A stretch of 64,000 nt of DNA, taken from positions 24,832,001 to 24,896,000 of the forward strand of contig CP068257.2 of NCBI GenBank assembly GCA_009914755.4, read 5' to 3'. A program made the translations under genes and the position numbers. The notes under the pieces are model-generated. The model saw nothing but the letters and a program-made list of their open reading frames with translations. It was not told the DNA's origin and did not search any database. This DNA is from the human T2T-CHM13v2.0 reference genome, Homo sapiens. Positions 41,740 to 56,584 of this stretch are shown here, piece after piece. Position 1 is the stretch's first letter. Every line of letters starts with the position of its first letter.

Positions 41740-42951
41740 TGATGTCTTTATTCAGAACTGCTCTCTTTCTCCCCAACTCATGGAGCATTGATATGGTTCT
41801 ATGCTTGATCTGAAATAATACTAAAAACTCCAATAACTATACTATAAATCTCCAAAAGAGTTTGCACTTATCCTTTTTCTCCCACAATGCTTATACTGTC
41901 ATTCACACAAAAGACATGCTTAAAATATGTTTTAAGTACTAAAAAAAGGCATAAGTGAAATTTCACTTTCTTAGGCTCTTTCATATGGGCAATTTTTCCC
42001 TCAGAAGTTTGTTTCCACACTAGCCCTCCCCACCTTTTTTGACTTGATTCTTTCCAGTCAATGCAATTCTTTCTGGTCCCTGAAATTCTATAGAATGAAG
42101 CAGTTGTATGAAATGTAAGAAGTTGGCGTATTTAAGGTAGACTATGGCTCTTTGCTTTATACCACTTGCAAAGCCAATGTTGAGTACCTGAGTCTAAAAA
42201 TACTTTTCACTGCCAATCACATGTACAGACTAGGTTATTTGGTGTATAATCTGATTACCAGTATTTAATGAAAAATACTGATTGCATCCTAGGATCACAC
42301 ATCCTTCCAAGAAGTTCTATTTAAATCACTCTGTAATTTCTCTTACTATGTAATTTGCATTGTGACAGTTTGATAGTTTATAAGGGCCCTTTGAAAGCCA
42401 ACTTGAACTGTAGGGCAAAATGTATTTAGCACATTTTTAAAGCACATTAAAAAAGACTTGTCATTTGATAAATATTAATGCATTTATTAATAGATGACCA
42501 ATGGCTGCTAAATGATGACAAAAGTTTGAGATTTCAGTGACTACAAGCAAATCCATTGCTATTGAAGTTAAAAATCTGAAATGCATTCTTCTGAAAGTTG
42601 CACTCTAAAAATATTGATTGCAGAATATCAAGCTGAACGATTCTGTTACATGACAAGTTCTCTAGTTTTGATGAGTTTATAGAGATCTCCCAAAATATAA
42701 TCAATTTTTAATTGTCTGTTTAAATAGGCAATAGTATCTGTACATATTATGTATGATAATGGTCAAACTCAGATTCACTTGTATTGGCCTCTGGAATGTT
42801 TGATATATTTTAAGGAATGTGTGATAATTGATTTGCTTCAAAATCCTTTGCTTAACTGAATATTAACATTCAGCTATAAGCTAGCAAGTAATGAAAGGAT
42901 TCTAGGGAATAATAAAAGCAATGTTTAGCCAGGATTTAAGAATTCACTGGG

Positions 42952-43280
<329 letters not shown>

Positions 43281-43561
43281 CTATCAAATTATAATTTTGA
43301 CTATAATCAAGGTTAAAAATAAGGTACCTATCAATAAAATGAGTTATTGTGAAAGAAATAGGGCAGCTCTATAGTAGGATTAGTCAAGCCTGTCCTTCTG
43401 CAATCCATTGTTTACTTCATATTATTAGACAGTTTTAATATGGTATTACTTCTAATCTTTCAAGTATCTTGTCAGATAAATCTAATTATTTCTGAGAAGT
43501 GGCTTGCAACTGAAAGAAAAATGTAGCAGAAAAACTTATTTGTCTATCTAGCTATATTTAG

Positions 43562-43990
<429 letters not shown>

Positions 43991-44376
43991 TAAACCTGTA
44001 AGAGATGCCAGAAGATTTCCACACAAGAACATACAGGTATTTCTTGGGGGACCTCAGCACTTGTCTGTGACTTGAAGGCTTATCAGTATTCCTCTCACCT
44101 GACCCTGAGGTCTTGGCCCACAATAACAACGAACCTTTGTTTCTCAGCACTCACACTGATTGACTGAACACAGCCATGTTGAACAGGTTGGATTGTTAAG
44201 AAAGGAGTGATTTCAAACTTGGGTGTGATCACTCCCTGAGGATTTGGGAAGGCAATGCAGAGACAGTGTCTTGGTTATGAAAGTAGAAATCAGCCGCTAT
44301 GTGAATGTGACCACCAGAAATTCCAAACTTAGACCACTGACATTGGTTGTCTGAGACACTAACATCTTTTTTGCCC

Positions 44377-44762
44377 TGTGTTCTGGTTTGAACGTCTGTT
44401 CCACAACTCATGTTGAAATTTAATTGGCAATGTAATGGTATTGGGAGGTTGGGGCTTTAAGAGATGAGGAGGTCATGAATGTCCTGCCCTGATAAATGAA
44501 TTAAAGTTATTATCCCAGGTGTGGATTAGTTATTGCAGTGGTGAGCTCTTGATAAAAGGATGAGTTTGACCCGATTTCTCTCTCTGTCTCCTGTGCTCAC
44601 TTCTGCCTCCTGCCTTCTGCCTTGGGATGACCCTTGCCAGATGTTGACACCATGCTCTTGGACTTCCCAGCTTCCAGAATCATGAGCCAAATAAACCTCT
44701 TTTCTTTATAAATTACCCAGTCTGTTGTATTCTGTCATAGCTGCAGCAGACAGACTAAGACA
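44377..44762 (+). mobile_element. MaLR solo LTR (MLT1/MST-like), sense
   Basis: tgtgttctggtttgaacgtctgttccacaactcatgttgaaatttaattggcaatgtaatggtattgggaggttggggctttaagagatgaggaggtcatgaatg…cttccagaatcatgagccaaataaacctcttttctttataaattacccagtctgttgtattctgtcatagctgcagcagacagactaagaca. Confidence 0.7.
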
Positions 44763-45224
44763 CTGCTGCTTTAATCTCCTCATTTGTGAAATGCAGAAAT
44801 CATGCTACTTTTATTGATGGCAGCTCCATCATTTATGATGCTGCCTGACCAATATCATCCTAAAACTCAGCCTTCTGACACTTAACAAATGCTTCAATAA
44901 ATTTTGATCCCAGTTCTTTAACAATTGACTACCTCAAGAAAAGGATGGGGCTCAGGATCAGGGTATCACAATGAGTTCTGAAATTAGGCAGTAATTTACA
45001 TTTTTGGAGTATCACTGGAATCCGTACAACTTTTTTCCTGAAGTAGAATAGCTTTGGGTAAACCATCCTTGCTCCTTCACTCAGGCCTGTTTGTGATCCA
45101 CTGCAAACAATTTAATATAGTTCCTAAGGTTAGAGGTGGTTTTTGGAAGATAGTTCCAAGTCTTATACATTTTTGTATCCCTAGAATGAATTAATAAGAA
45201 AATCTTAGGCTGTATAGCCAATCT

Positions 45225-45335
45225 ATTCATTCATTTGATTCAACAAATATTTATTGAGAGCTTACTATGTGCCAAATACTATTTCAGATGTTTGGAATAT
45301 ATCATTAAGTAAGATAACTGTCCTACAAGAGATTA
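45225..45335 (-). mobile_element. Ancient MIR/L2-type repeat fragment
   Basis: ctattcattcatttgattcaacaaatatttattgagagcttactatgtgccaaatactatttcagatg…ctgtcctacaagagattacatcctggagggg. Confidence 0.45.
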
Positions 45336-45849
45336 CATCCTGGAGGGGCGGGGGAACAGGCAATGCACATAATAAATAAGTATAAATATTGTCAGAAGCT
45401 ATAAAATTGTACAAAGTATAAAAGAATGAGTCAGCCAGGATCAGGGGAAGGGATGTAGAAGAACTGGGAAACAAAGACTTGAAAGTGGTGAAGGAGTTGG
45501 CCAAAGAGACATCTGGGTAACAGCATACCAGACAGATGGCACAGCTAGGAGAGGGACCTGAAGGGAATCTGACATACTCAAGCAGTGAAGTCAATGTGGC
45601 TGAAGGAAAGTGCATATGGGAAAAATGGCAGGACATGAGGTCAGAGGTTAAGGGGCCAGGTCGTGGAGTAACTTGTAGGCCATTTAAGACTTTGGCTCTT
45701 ACTCTGTGTGAAAAAGGGAAAGTACTGAAGCGTTTTGAGCAGAGCAGTGGCATAATCCTATCTCAGGTTTTTGAAAGAAATAACCCTGGTTGCTGGGCTG
45801 AGAACAGACTATCTAAATTGAGAATAAAGTAGAGATATTAAAAAGAAAC

Positions 45850-46191
45850 AACAGATGCTGGTGAGGCTGTAGAGAAATAAGAATGCTTTTACACTGTTGG
45901 TGGGGATGTAAATTAGTTCAACCATTGTGGAAGATAGCATGGTGATTCCTCAAGGATCTAGAACCAAGGATCATTTCACCCAGCAATCCCATTACTAGGT
46001 ATATACCCAAAGTAATATAAATCATTCTGTTATAAAGATACATGCTCTTGTATGTTCATTGCAGCACTATTCACAATAGCAAAGACATGGAATCAACCCA
46101 AATGTCCATCAATGACGGATTGGAAAAAGAAAATGTGGTATATATACACCATGGAATACTATGAAGCCATAAAAAGGAATGAAATCATGCC
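45850..46191 (+). mobile_element. L1 (sense) ORF2 3'-region fragment; upstream half of an L1 that is split by a nested insertion
   Basis: cagatgctggtgaggctgtagagaaataagaatgcttttacactgttggtggggatgtaaattagttcaaccattgtggaag…cattgcagcactattcacaatagcaaagacatggaatcaacccaaatgtccatcaatgacggattggaaaaagaaaatgtggtatatatacaccatggaatactatgaagccataaaaaggaatgaaatcatgcc. Confidence 0.8.
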
Positions 46192-46229
46192 TTCTTTTTC
46201 TTTATTTCTTCTTCTAAAAAAAAACCCAG

Positions 46230-46263
<34 letters not shown>

Positions 46264-46980
46264 GAAAGTGCAGGTTTATTACACAGGTATCCGTGTGCCA
46301 TGGTGGTTTGCTGCACCTATTGACCCATCCTCTAAGTTCCCTCCCCTCAACCCCTACCCCCCAACAGGCCCTGGTATGTGTTGTTCCCCTCTCTGTGTCC
46401 ATGAGTTTTCAATGTTCAACTCCTACTTATAAATGAGAACATGTGTTGTTTGGTTTTCTGTTCCTGTGTTAGTTTCCTGATGATGATGGCTTCCAGCTTC
46501 ATCCATGTCCCTGCAAAGGACATGATCTCATTCCTTTTTATGGCTGCATAGTATTCCATGGTGTATATGTACCACATTTTCTTTATCCAGCCTATCGTTG
46601 ATGGGCATTTGGGTTGGTTCCATGTCTTTGCTATTGTAAATAGTGCTTCAGTAAACATATGTGTGCATGTGTCTTTATAGTAGAATGATTTATGTTCCTT
46701 TGGGTATATACCCAGTAATGGGATTGCTGGGTGAAATGGTATTTCTGGTTCTAGATCCTTGAGGAATCACCATACTATCTTCCACAATGGTTGAACGAAT
46801 TTACATTCCCACCAACAGTGTAAAAGCTTTCCTATTTCTCCACAGCCTTGCCAGCATCTATTGTTTCCTGATTTTTTAATAATCGCCATTCTGACTGGCA
46901 TGAGATGGTATCTCCTTGTGGTTTTGATTTCTGTTTCTCTGATGATCAGTGATGTTGAGCTTTATGCAACCAACAAACAT
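46192..46980 (-). mobile_element. Nested L1 3' end (antisense) inserted into the host L1; T-rich tail remnant and (TA)n microsatellite (46233-46260) at its 3' end
   Basis: ttctttttctttatttcttcttct…(at)14 gcagaaagtgcaggtttattacacaggtatccgtgtgccatggtggtttgctgcacctattgacccatcc…ctgatgatgatggcttccagcttcatccatgtccctgcaaaggacatgatctcattcctttttatggctgcatagtattccatggtgtatatgtaccacattttctttatccagcctatcgttgatgggcatttgggttgg…tgatgatcagtgatgttgagcttt. This is the reverse complement of the L1PA 3' UTR plus ORF2 end. Confidence 0.8.
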
Positions 46981-47331
46981 ATGAGATCATGTCTTTTGCA
47001 GGGACATGGATCGACCTGGAAGCCATTATCCTCAGCAAACTGATGCAGGAACAGAAAACCAAACACTGCGCGTTCTCACTTGTAAGTGGGACCTGAACAA
47101 TGAGAACACATGAACACAAGGAGGGGAACAACACATACTGGGTCCCGTCAGGGGGTGCGGAGGGAGGGAGAGCATCACGATAAATAGCTAATGCATGCGG
47201 GGCTTACTACCTAGGTGATGGGTTGATAGGTTCAGCAAACCACCATGGTACATGTTTACCTGTTTATCTATGTAACAAACCTGCACATCCTGCACATGTA
47301 TCTTGGAACTTAAAATAAAATAAAATTAAAA
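46981..47331 (+). mobile_element. L1 3' end (sense); downstream half of the host L1, with A-rich tail
   Basis: atgagatcatgtcttttgcagggacatggatcgacctggaagccattatcctcagcaaactgatgcaggaacagaaaaccaaacactgcgcgttctcacttgtaagtgggacctgaacaatgagaacacatgaacacaaggagggg…catgtttacctgtttatctatgtaacaaacctgcacatcctgcacatgtatcttggaacttaaaataaaataaaattaaaaa. It is contiguous in L1 coordinates with 45850-46191. A 14-bp duplication (gaatgaaatcatgcc / tatgagatcatgtc) flanks the nested element. Confidence 0.8.
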
Positions 47332-50300
47332 ACTTTTAAAAGAGAATAAAGTAGGGAGATGAATTAAGAGGCACTAATCCAGGTGAAACAGTTTTAAGAG
47401 ATTAAATCAGCATCCTTGGTTTCCCCATCAAATAACCCATCATGCTAACCAGCCCAGACTGATATTGCTTTACATGTATACGAAAGACATCTGGTTAAAT
47501 CAAATAGCACTGCCAATCAATTTTCACCTAGAGATATGCTCAGGTATTTTCTTAGTTCTTACATTTTGTAAATAGGTGGTATGCTGAATGGACATCAAAT
47601 TCAATAACAAATTCCCATAAGAAACATCAGGACTAATTTATCCAAAAGGAACATTCAAATTAACATCAATCAGCAATAGCAAATAATGACCTACTTTATC
47701 TTGTACTGATCTTGACTAAGGAAAGAATTCATGATGCACTGCTACCTCTATTGAACTCTTGAGTATATCTCATTCCAAAGAGAATGGTGAGCAAAACATT
47801 GTTTCATTTGGGTCATGGATACATGCTGTATATTCCAGTCCACCCACCCATAGGTTACTCATGACAGGGCCTCTAGATAGAGGCAGGACAATTATATATC
47901 AAAGAAGAAAATATGAAAAGACAGATAAAATATTTGCTGATGTTTTATAAAGAAAATTCAGTGCACTTCTTTATCAGTCAAAGGTAGTATTTTCAATGTT
48001 TTTCTCTTTGTTTTGGAGCCGTACTGTCTCCTTTGTAGCTGTTCTGTCCTTCAAGAAAGGACCTGTGGTGGTATGGATTGAAAAGTTGACTCTGTCATCA
48101 CCTTACAAATGAATTCTATCTGAAGTGAAAAGTCACCAACAGTTTTACATTGATGTTGTGTTGTTCCATGTGGTATTCTGTCAAAACTACGTGCCTTCTT
48201 GAACAAAGATTTCACCTTTATTTTTAAGCACATTTCAACCAACCACAGTATCAGACACTTCCACTAGGAGGTTAATGAAAATTGGCAATATGGACAATAT
48301 TCCCACTGTAGAGAAGATTTACCATATATTTTTTAGAAGTTTACAGAAGGTACCTTGACCTAGTCTTGATCTACTCCATAAATGGGTTTAAGTGGACTTG
48401 AAAGTCCCTAAAATTATTCGCAAAGTTGTGAATCTGTTATATGATCCAGTAGCTTTTATCAGAACTTCAAAGGCATCTGTAATGGCACTTCCCCTCAAAA
48501 ATTTTTTAAAAAAACTTTAAAACAACACTGACATAGAAATATGCAAAGATGGTATTTTTAAGGGTTATTTATATTTAGGGAGAATGCTCTCCCAAATTAT
48601 AGACAGTTTGCTTGCAAAATTTAGTTCTGTTTTGATTAAAATGGACTTTTTGCTTTCACATCTTACATTTCCAGAGAAAATATTTTATTTTACCAATTAT
48701 AATGTTCCATAGTAGGATAAACCTTAATTTATTTCAACCACATTTATGAGCACTCACTCTACACTGGAGGATATGATGATGCCACAAAGATAAAACACCG
48801 CGTTCCTGCCCTTGAAAATCTACAGTCTATCAGGAGAGATGGAGACACAGCTGATGATCATATACAGTGAAAAAACCCAACGAAGGAAATGAATTCAAGG
48901 GCAGTTTTGTTCTCGGGATAATTGAATTCTGCCAGAAGTTATTAAGACTGGAAAGGTGAATACGTTTTTCCAGACACAGGAAGAAATCAAGAGTGTTCTG
49001 AGCACAACAAACAATAGGCATGAAAGCGTGAATGTTCAGCTTGGTGGGAGCCCAGGCTCTGAGGAAGGCTTGGCTGAAGGGAAGTCTGGACTTCGTCAGG
49101 AGGCAAAGGATCTTGTGCATGTTAGGTGATGAGGAAATATTGAAAATGGTAAGATAGAGGAAAGATATAATCTGAATTATTTTCGAAGTTTAACTGTGGT
49201 GAACGAGATGAGGACAGATTGAAAGTATAATAGGAAGCTGCCAAAAAAAGGCAATTTTTTGAATTAATAACATAATATAGTTCTGGCCTCTTTTCTAGAA
49301 GTTATCCTACTTTTCTTTGTCTAACTTTGTCCTTCTAATCTGTCAGCAATTACTATTGATGCTACCTCTAAAACATATTCTGAATCTACTCATTTGTCTT
49401 TATGCCTGTGCTGTTATCTGAGGAAATGCCCCCTTTCTCTCTCTCTTGCTCCCCTGAGATAATTCCAAAGTTGTGTCTCTGCTTCTTTTCTTACCCCTCA
49501 CAATCTGTTCACCACATGGCAGCAAGTGGCCTTTTAAAATAAAATACCAATCAGATCATTCCATTCCCTTATTTAAAACTCCCATGGCTTTCTGCTATGC
49601 TTAGGAGTCACATCCAACCTCTGCATTGCGGTCTGCCGGACTCTGTGTCATCTGACCTATGTCAACTTCTTTCTGCCTACTATCTCATTTTCTACCACTC
49701 ATTCACTCAGTTATGATGCTCCAGCCACTCCAGTGTTCTTCCTGTTATTGGACCACCTCAAATTCTTTCCTGTCCTAAATCTTTGGCTAGAAATACTCTT
49801 CTCCTTCATTTCTGGGACCTTTTCAGGCTCTAGATCAAATGTCACCTTCTCAGAGAAGCCTTTGTGACCACTCAACCTAATGTAGGCTGCCCAAACTCAT
49901 CACACCATCTTGCCTTCAGTACATTTTCTGAGCCACAGACAATAGGCGTTACTCCCCTCTGGAGTAATGATCAAAAGTAGGGAAGATTAGAGTAGATGGG
50001 CATGTGGCCCAATTCCACCAACTGGAACTGGGACTATTTCCCCATAAGAACAAAGTAAAAATTCAGAGTTTTGATAAATTTGTGGCTCAATGAATGAGCT
50101 TTTGTGAGACAGTTAGCATCCTGGCCACCAGAGATTACATAATTTCCATCAGAAAAATATGTTCTAAGGTCCAGGTTTACCATTAAGACAAATATATTCA
50201 TATGTGTATATATTTCATTTGTAGGTTAAGGGTGGCCTATACTTGCTACATTTAAACATTTCATATGCCGGGGGTTGTTTTGCATGTTGGTATTAGAGCT

Positions 50301-51224
50301 CGAACCATGTAGGTATATGTATTTAGATATTTGTACTTCTTATTCCTTAACTATTTTATTTCTCAAAATATATGTTTGCTCTGACATTAAATGCAATCCT
50401 ATATCATTAAAAAGTGCTTACTCTCATCTTAAATCAACTAGGCTAACCAAATTTGCTACTCTTGAATTTAATCCAACAATTTCAAACATTGTTGGATTAA
50501 ATTGCTTACATTGAATGTTTTGGCCGCTCCAATCAAAGTTGATGTTGTGGAAAGCAGGAAAATATATTTGGCCTGTATGTCTGAAATCCTAATTCTCTTT
50601 CCTCAGCAACAAACTGTACAAGACATTTAAAAACAAATTACCTTGTGGTAGAGAAATAAAGGCTTAGCCTTGCTTTAGGCAGTTTTGTTGGATTCAGATG
50701 GCTGGAAGCTGAACATGCTTGGTCATCAACCTGGAAGCCAACCACTTAGTAGTAATGTCTTGCCCTTCTCTCTCTCTGTAATTGACTTTTTAAAAAATTT
50801 TGTTAATTTAACATTTTTGTGTACACATATAAAAGATCACTTAGCAAATAACCATGTACCCATTATCAAGAATAAACTGCCATGAGCATTTTGTCACTTT
50901 GCTCCACATATTTTGTTTTTTAAGAAAATAAATGACTACAGGTAAAGACGATGTTTGTAATATTCCCCTCTACAGCCTTATTTCCAGTGCCCTTGACTGA
51001 GAAATGTCAATGTCATGCTCACTTTATAAGAGAAATGCTGAAAGGAATCCATCTGTTCTCACAGAGCATGTATTGAAGGGTGAATTTGGAGCTAAGAGGC
51101 AATAAATTGATTACTGGAATGGGAGTTGTAGAACATTCCCTCCGTCATCCCCTTTCTGATGCCCTACATGAAATCCTCAGTACCATCTTCCAATTCATTA
51201 CATCTCTCTACAGATCTAATTCTA

Positions 51225-51390
51225 TGCAATTAAAAAGATTTCAGTGCCACATTATTTTTACTTTCAGTCTTTCTACTTCCTTTTCCTCCTCCTCTTTCTT
51301 CTCTTCCCTTTTATCCTACACTTTTTTTCATTTCTGCCTATTTTTCTTCATTGCTCTTTCAAATTTTTTTCAATGAGTTTCTACCTTTAT
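51225..51390. repeat. Polypyrimidine (CT-rich) low-complexity tract, about 165 bp, >90% pyrimidine on the + strand
   Basis: ctttctacttccttttcctcctcctctttcttctcttcccttttatcctacactttttttcatttctgcctatttttcttcattgctctttcaaatttttttc. Confidence 0.7.
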
Positions 51391-51989
51391 GTCTTTAAGA
51401 ATATTAAAAAATATTATTTTGAACTAATTTTCAATGGCTCCATTGTATTATTTTATTGCAGTCATTTCATCCTCTTGGATACATGGGTGAGCTGACCTCA
51501 GCCCCATAATAGCTCAAAGGTCCAAGCAGTGAGCGTGGTTCCAGCCCTCAACCATGAGGGCCTCCCGCCTTGAGCTGAGGACTTTGGAATTTAGTTCCTG
51601 CTGCCCCTGCCGCCTTCCTTCCCCAGAGGCTTCAGCACTATCACCTTTAGATTTCTATTCCTATTTTTGGCCCATGAAGATATTTATCTCATTTTTGATC
51701 CCTGTAACTTTATAACTAAAGGATGTTATTCTTAACGTGTGTTCAGGATATTTAATAAGTAAATTTATGGCACTATGTTAAATGGAAGTTTATCTGTTTT
51801 CTGAAAGGATCCACTTATTAAATAAAGGTGTGCTGGGCTATCTGACCCCCCAAATCCCTATAGTCATTGCCTACATGTGAATCATTTTACTGTGTTAACA
51901 TTATGGATGGTTCCCATTGAATGAAGAATTATTGCTACTTATTATTTTTTAGCTTGCTGAAAGATAGTTACAGGCAGTTCCTAATTTAC

Positions 51990-52629
<640 letters not shown>

Positions 52630-54382
52630 TTAAACCTCTTACTTGTAAAATAGAAGCTATTCCATGTTAAGATTATGACAACCATTTGAATTATTTTATA
52701 AATATGATAATTTCAAAAGTATTTAAAATAATTAACGGTTTCAAAAGAAATAATGAATGAATTCTAATGCCGAATAAGGATTTCAGGAACACATCTTTCT
52801 TCCACCTTGGTATCCTGCTATAATATTCAGAAAATCCAAATTCCAATCTTAGGTCAACCAGGTATTAGCTAAGTGACTTTGTGAACACTGTGTAAGCCTC
52901 TTTACCTCTTTAACTTTTGGGTAAAAGCTTTTTTAAGTTGTATAATAATTTCTGCTGTTACTTCACGGTTTTAGGTGTCAAAGGAAATAAGGAAGGTGCA
53001 AGCATTTAAACATTTGAGAACCCTACTTGGGAGCACATGATGTGTCCTCCAAACACTATGGTCTTGTTAATTGTCAACACCTGACTCAGAGCAGGCACAA
53101 GCTATGTTAAGCACTTATAATGAATTAGAAAATAAAGTTGACCCCAAAGGTGAAAAGGATCTGGGCCTTTTTTTCTTCCCAATATGCAAGTGTGTTCACA
53201 ACATGAGTGATCAGAAGTCAGGGGATGCTGGGCTATCCCACGTAACTCTATTCTGCACGAGAAACACATATAAAGGCATTTGGACATTTGGAACAAATTA
53301 GAGCTACAGTAAAGGCCAGAAACACTGCCAGTTTCCCTCTTGCTTTCTCCCCAGGCCAACATATTACCAAAATAAGTAGTCTCATCAATAAACTAGGGTT
53401 TGGAATTTGGAATTAACCAGGCATAATTTCTCAAGTATTATGGCCTCTTTTTTAAAGGCATGAAGTTGGGTAAAATTGATACCTTTTAATTCTGTAAAAT
53501 ATAACCCAATTTACATAACCAAATAAAGTCAAATCACTTTTAATTTTACTTACTGAGTGCTGTACAAACCTCAAAGGTTAGAAAGCCAACAAAAAAAATG
53601 CAGAATAGGCAGCTTTTTATATTTTTCCTGAATTTAGAAATTTTTCATTATATGGACAATTATTATTGAAAATATGTGTTTTTATCATCCAGTAAAAATG
53701 GCTTATGTTGGCATGAATATACTCCATTTCATTGCTACTTTTGTACATTTCTTTTATTTTGCCTGAATATGGCCAGATGAATCATATATAAAGAAAGCTC
53801 AGCTCCTCCAGAACACTGCTATTGTATAAAGAGTACTGCTGCCAAATTCAAAGCTAAATTCAGGTTTGAGGTATCAGAATCTTTTATAGGTCCCAGGAGA
53901 ATATTTTGTTCAAATAATAGTCCAGTGATTTGAGGGTGTGTGCACCTGTTGATTTTCTAGAAATATAATATTCTGCGAAGTCAGGGATAATGAAGGCTAA
54001 GCCATCATTACCTTTTTAAAAATGACAAAGGAATGAACTGTTTCATAAAAGTGTCATATAGAAATTTCAAAAATAAACTACAGAAATTCTATAAATAAAG
54101 AGTAAAGGAAAAAAATTCAGCAACACTTAAAACGAGTAAAAATCCAGAGACATCCTGGTAGAAATCTTAGTCCACAGTCAATCAAAAAGAAGCAAATATC
54201 ACTACAGAAAAACAATTTTGACAGAATAGAAATAAAAATATTCATTGTATTCCAAAAAATAACATCATTTTTGTTAATAGCTAAATATCTTTTTTTAGTT
54301 CAAAAGGTTTACCTTTTAAAGCTTTGATTTCTTTTAGAAATTCCTATTAAATACTATTTTCCAGAAATTTGTTAATGCAACT

Positions 54383-54800
54383 GATATGATTTGGATATGT
54401 GTCCCCTCCAAATCTCGTGTTGAAATGTGATCCTTAGTGTTGGAGGTGGGCCTAGTGAGAGGTGTTTAGGTCATGGAGCAGGTCCCTCAGGAATGGCTTG
54501 GTGCCACTCTCATGGTAAGGAGGGAGTTCTTGCTCTGGTAGTTCAAGCAAGAGCTGGTTGTTTAAAGGAGACTGGCTCCTTCCTGCTCTCCCTCTTTTGC
54601 CCCTTCTCTCACCATATGATGTGCCTGCTCCTCAATTGCCTTTTGCCATGAGTGGAAGCTTCCTGAGGCCCTCGTCAGAACCGGGTGCCAGTGCTATGCT
54701 TCCTGTACAGCCTGTAGAACCATGAGCCAAAATAAATTTCTTTCCTTCATAAATTACCCTTCCTCAAGTCTTTACAGAAATGAAGGAATGAACTAACACA
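54383..54800 (+). mobile_element. MaLR solo LTR (MST/MLT1-like), sense
   Basis: tgatatgatttggatatgtgtcccctccaaatctcgtgttgaaatgtgatccttagtgttggaggtgggcctagtgagaggtgtttaggtcatggagcaggtccctcaggaatggcttggtgccactctcatggtaagg…cctgtagaaccatgagccaaaataaatttctttccttcataaattacccttcctcaagtctttacagaaatgaagg. Confidence 0.7.
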
Positions 54801-55224
54801 GCAACTTTGTAAAGCACTTAAAATGAGGGGAAAAGGGAAAGTCTAAGACTCAGTTCAATCTATTGGATGGTACAATTATTTATATATTTAAAGAGGAGCA
54901 ACTTCTTGATCAGAAATCAATTTGACCTACAGTTACGGGAGCTTAAGTACTGATTATATGTGGCCATCAGAGAAGAAAACATGTAAGAGATGGAGGAACA
55001 TTCAAAAAGATCTCTTATAAGCCTTTTCAACAGAGATTTCTCTGGAACAGGTGGGCTAACACTACAAAATTTTGTTGGTTTAGTATGTTTCATGCAAACA
55101 CAGTCTATTATTAGAAGCAAACAAAGGGCCACAGGTGAGATTAAAATAATTACTCAGTTTTTCCTTGTGATGACTCTTACACTGATACTTTATATATAGT
55201 ACTTATTAGTCACAACCATTCAGT

Positions 55225-55355
55225 AGATGTGTATTACCACTGTTTCCTAACATATAATGAAAGTGAGGGTCAGAGGAGGTTAGTAACTTGCCTAAGGTCA
55301 CTCAGTAAGTGGCATTTAGAGGTGGCAATTTGAATAGAAGCATGTCTAGCTCAAA
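55225..55355 (+). mobile_element. MIR SINE fragment (sense)
   Basis: …taatgaaagtgagggtcagaggaggttagtaacttgcctaaggtcactcagtaagtggcatttagaggtggcaatttgaatagaagcatgtctagctcaaagtcc. Compare with MIR …gaggttaagtaacttgcccaaggtcacacagctagtaagtggcagagctgggattcgaacccaggtc. Confidence 0.5.
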
Positions 55356-56584
55356 GTCCATTCTATGTTTATCACATTAGATAATCTTACATATGTTTCT
55401 TTTGCATCTTTTTTAGAATGATATACAGAGTTTTATGAAATAATTGCATTTCTGATAAACTGGCTATAAATTACCTTTTATAAACAGAGTCACATATTAA
55501 TATACATTGGAAGCACTCACTCATTCAACAAATGCCATGCAATGCATTTATAAAGTAATTCATGAAGAAAACAGGTAACCACAATTTTATATAAATTTCA
55601 ACTACAAATGATAACTCTTAGCTTTGCCTAAAATGGATTAAATCTGTACCAAGTGTGCTTTTGCTGGATCCAGCAGCACTCATTAGCATGGTTTGGGAAT
55701 AGGTGCCCTCTTGCAGACTTGCAGGCTAGCTGAACCAGTAGCATAGTGCATATAAATGCAGATCCTGAAAACATAGGGGAGTGCGGTTTGCAACAGCCAA
55801 GAATGATATCATCAGTCTCTATTTCATTTAATTAAAAATTATCAGCTGTACATAGTGCTATTTTTGACACAGGTCACTGTGGTTCAATGCTATTGGATTT
55901 TATCTTATTAAGCACTTAGCTGTTTGCTGGAATGATGGAGGGGCAGAGCTGTGTATTCACAGAGGTTACAGAGTTAGCCCTTAGACCTTTGGTAACATTG
56001 AATAGTTTATCCTCAAAGGCTCCTTTCTTGAAAACTTTATGTTATGGCTACCCATCCCATCTTTTCTAGTGACAATGATGAAATGTGTTGAAACATTAAT
56101 ATATATCAACGGAAATACTGACATATGTTGACATACATAAGTGTTGGTAAACAACTCTACAACTATAGTAAATAAATAAACCATTCTTCTATCAGAGACT
56201 AGGGCAAACCTAAGCTGTATGACTTTGGATATTACTGTGAAGCTTAGTTTTGCCAGACAATTTTGCTTGTATTTGTATGTTCTGAAAGCCAACTGAGTTG
56301 AGAAACTACTTACAGAATTCAATCTGCTCCAGCAGCCTGAATGATTGTTTTGCCCATAATAAAATTATTTTTTATTCATAAATATATACTTTTTAATTTT
56401 GAAGTAATCCTAAACTTAAAGAGAAAGTTGTAAGTATAATATAAATAACTATAAAAATCATTTTTGTCTGCAGCATTTTCTGCAAATGTTGCCTCCAGTT
56501 ATAGTTTTTCTTTTAATTGTTAGGATTTTGTTTTAAATTTAGCCTTAAAATGTGAGTTTATTGGGCATTTTATAATATTAATTT

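Noticed and set aside
45265-45753. Longest ORF in the window (162 aa, minus strand)
   Set aside because: It overlaps a MIR/L2-type fragment and gives a low-complexity S/P/L-rich peptide. There are no flanking splice signals and no domain-like pattern, so it is probably a chance ORF.
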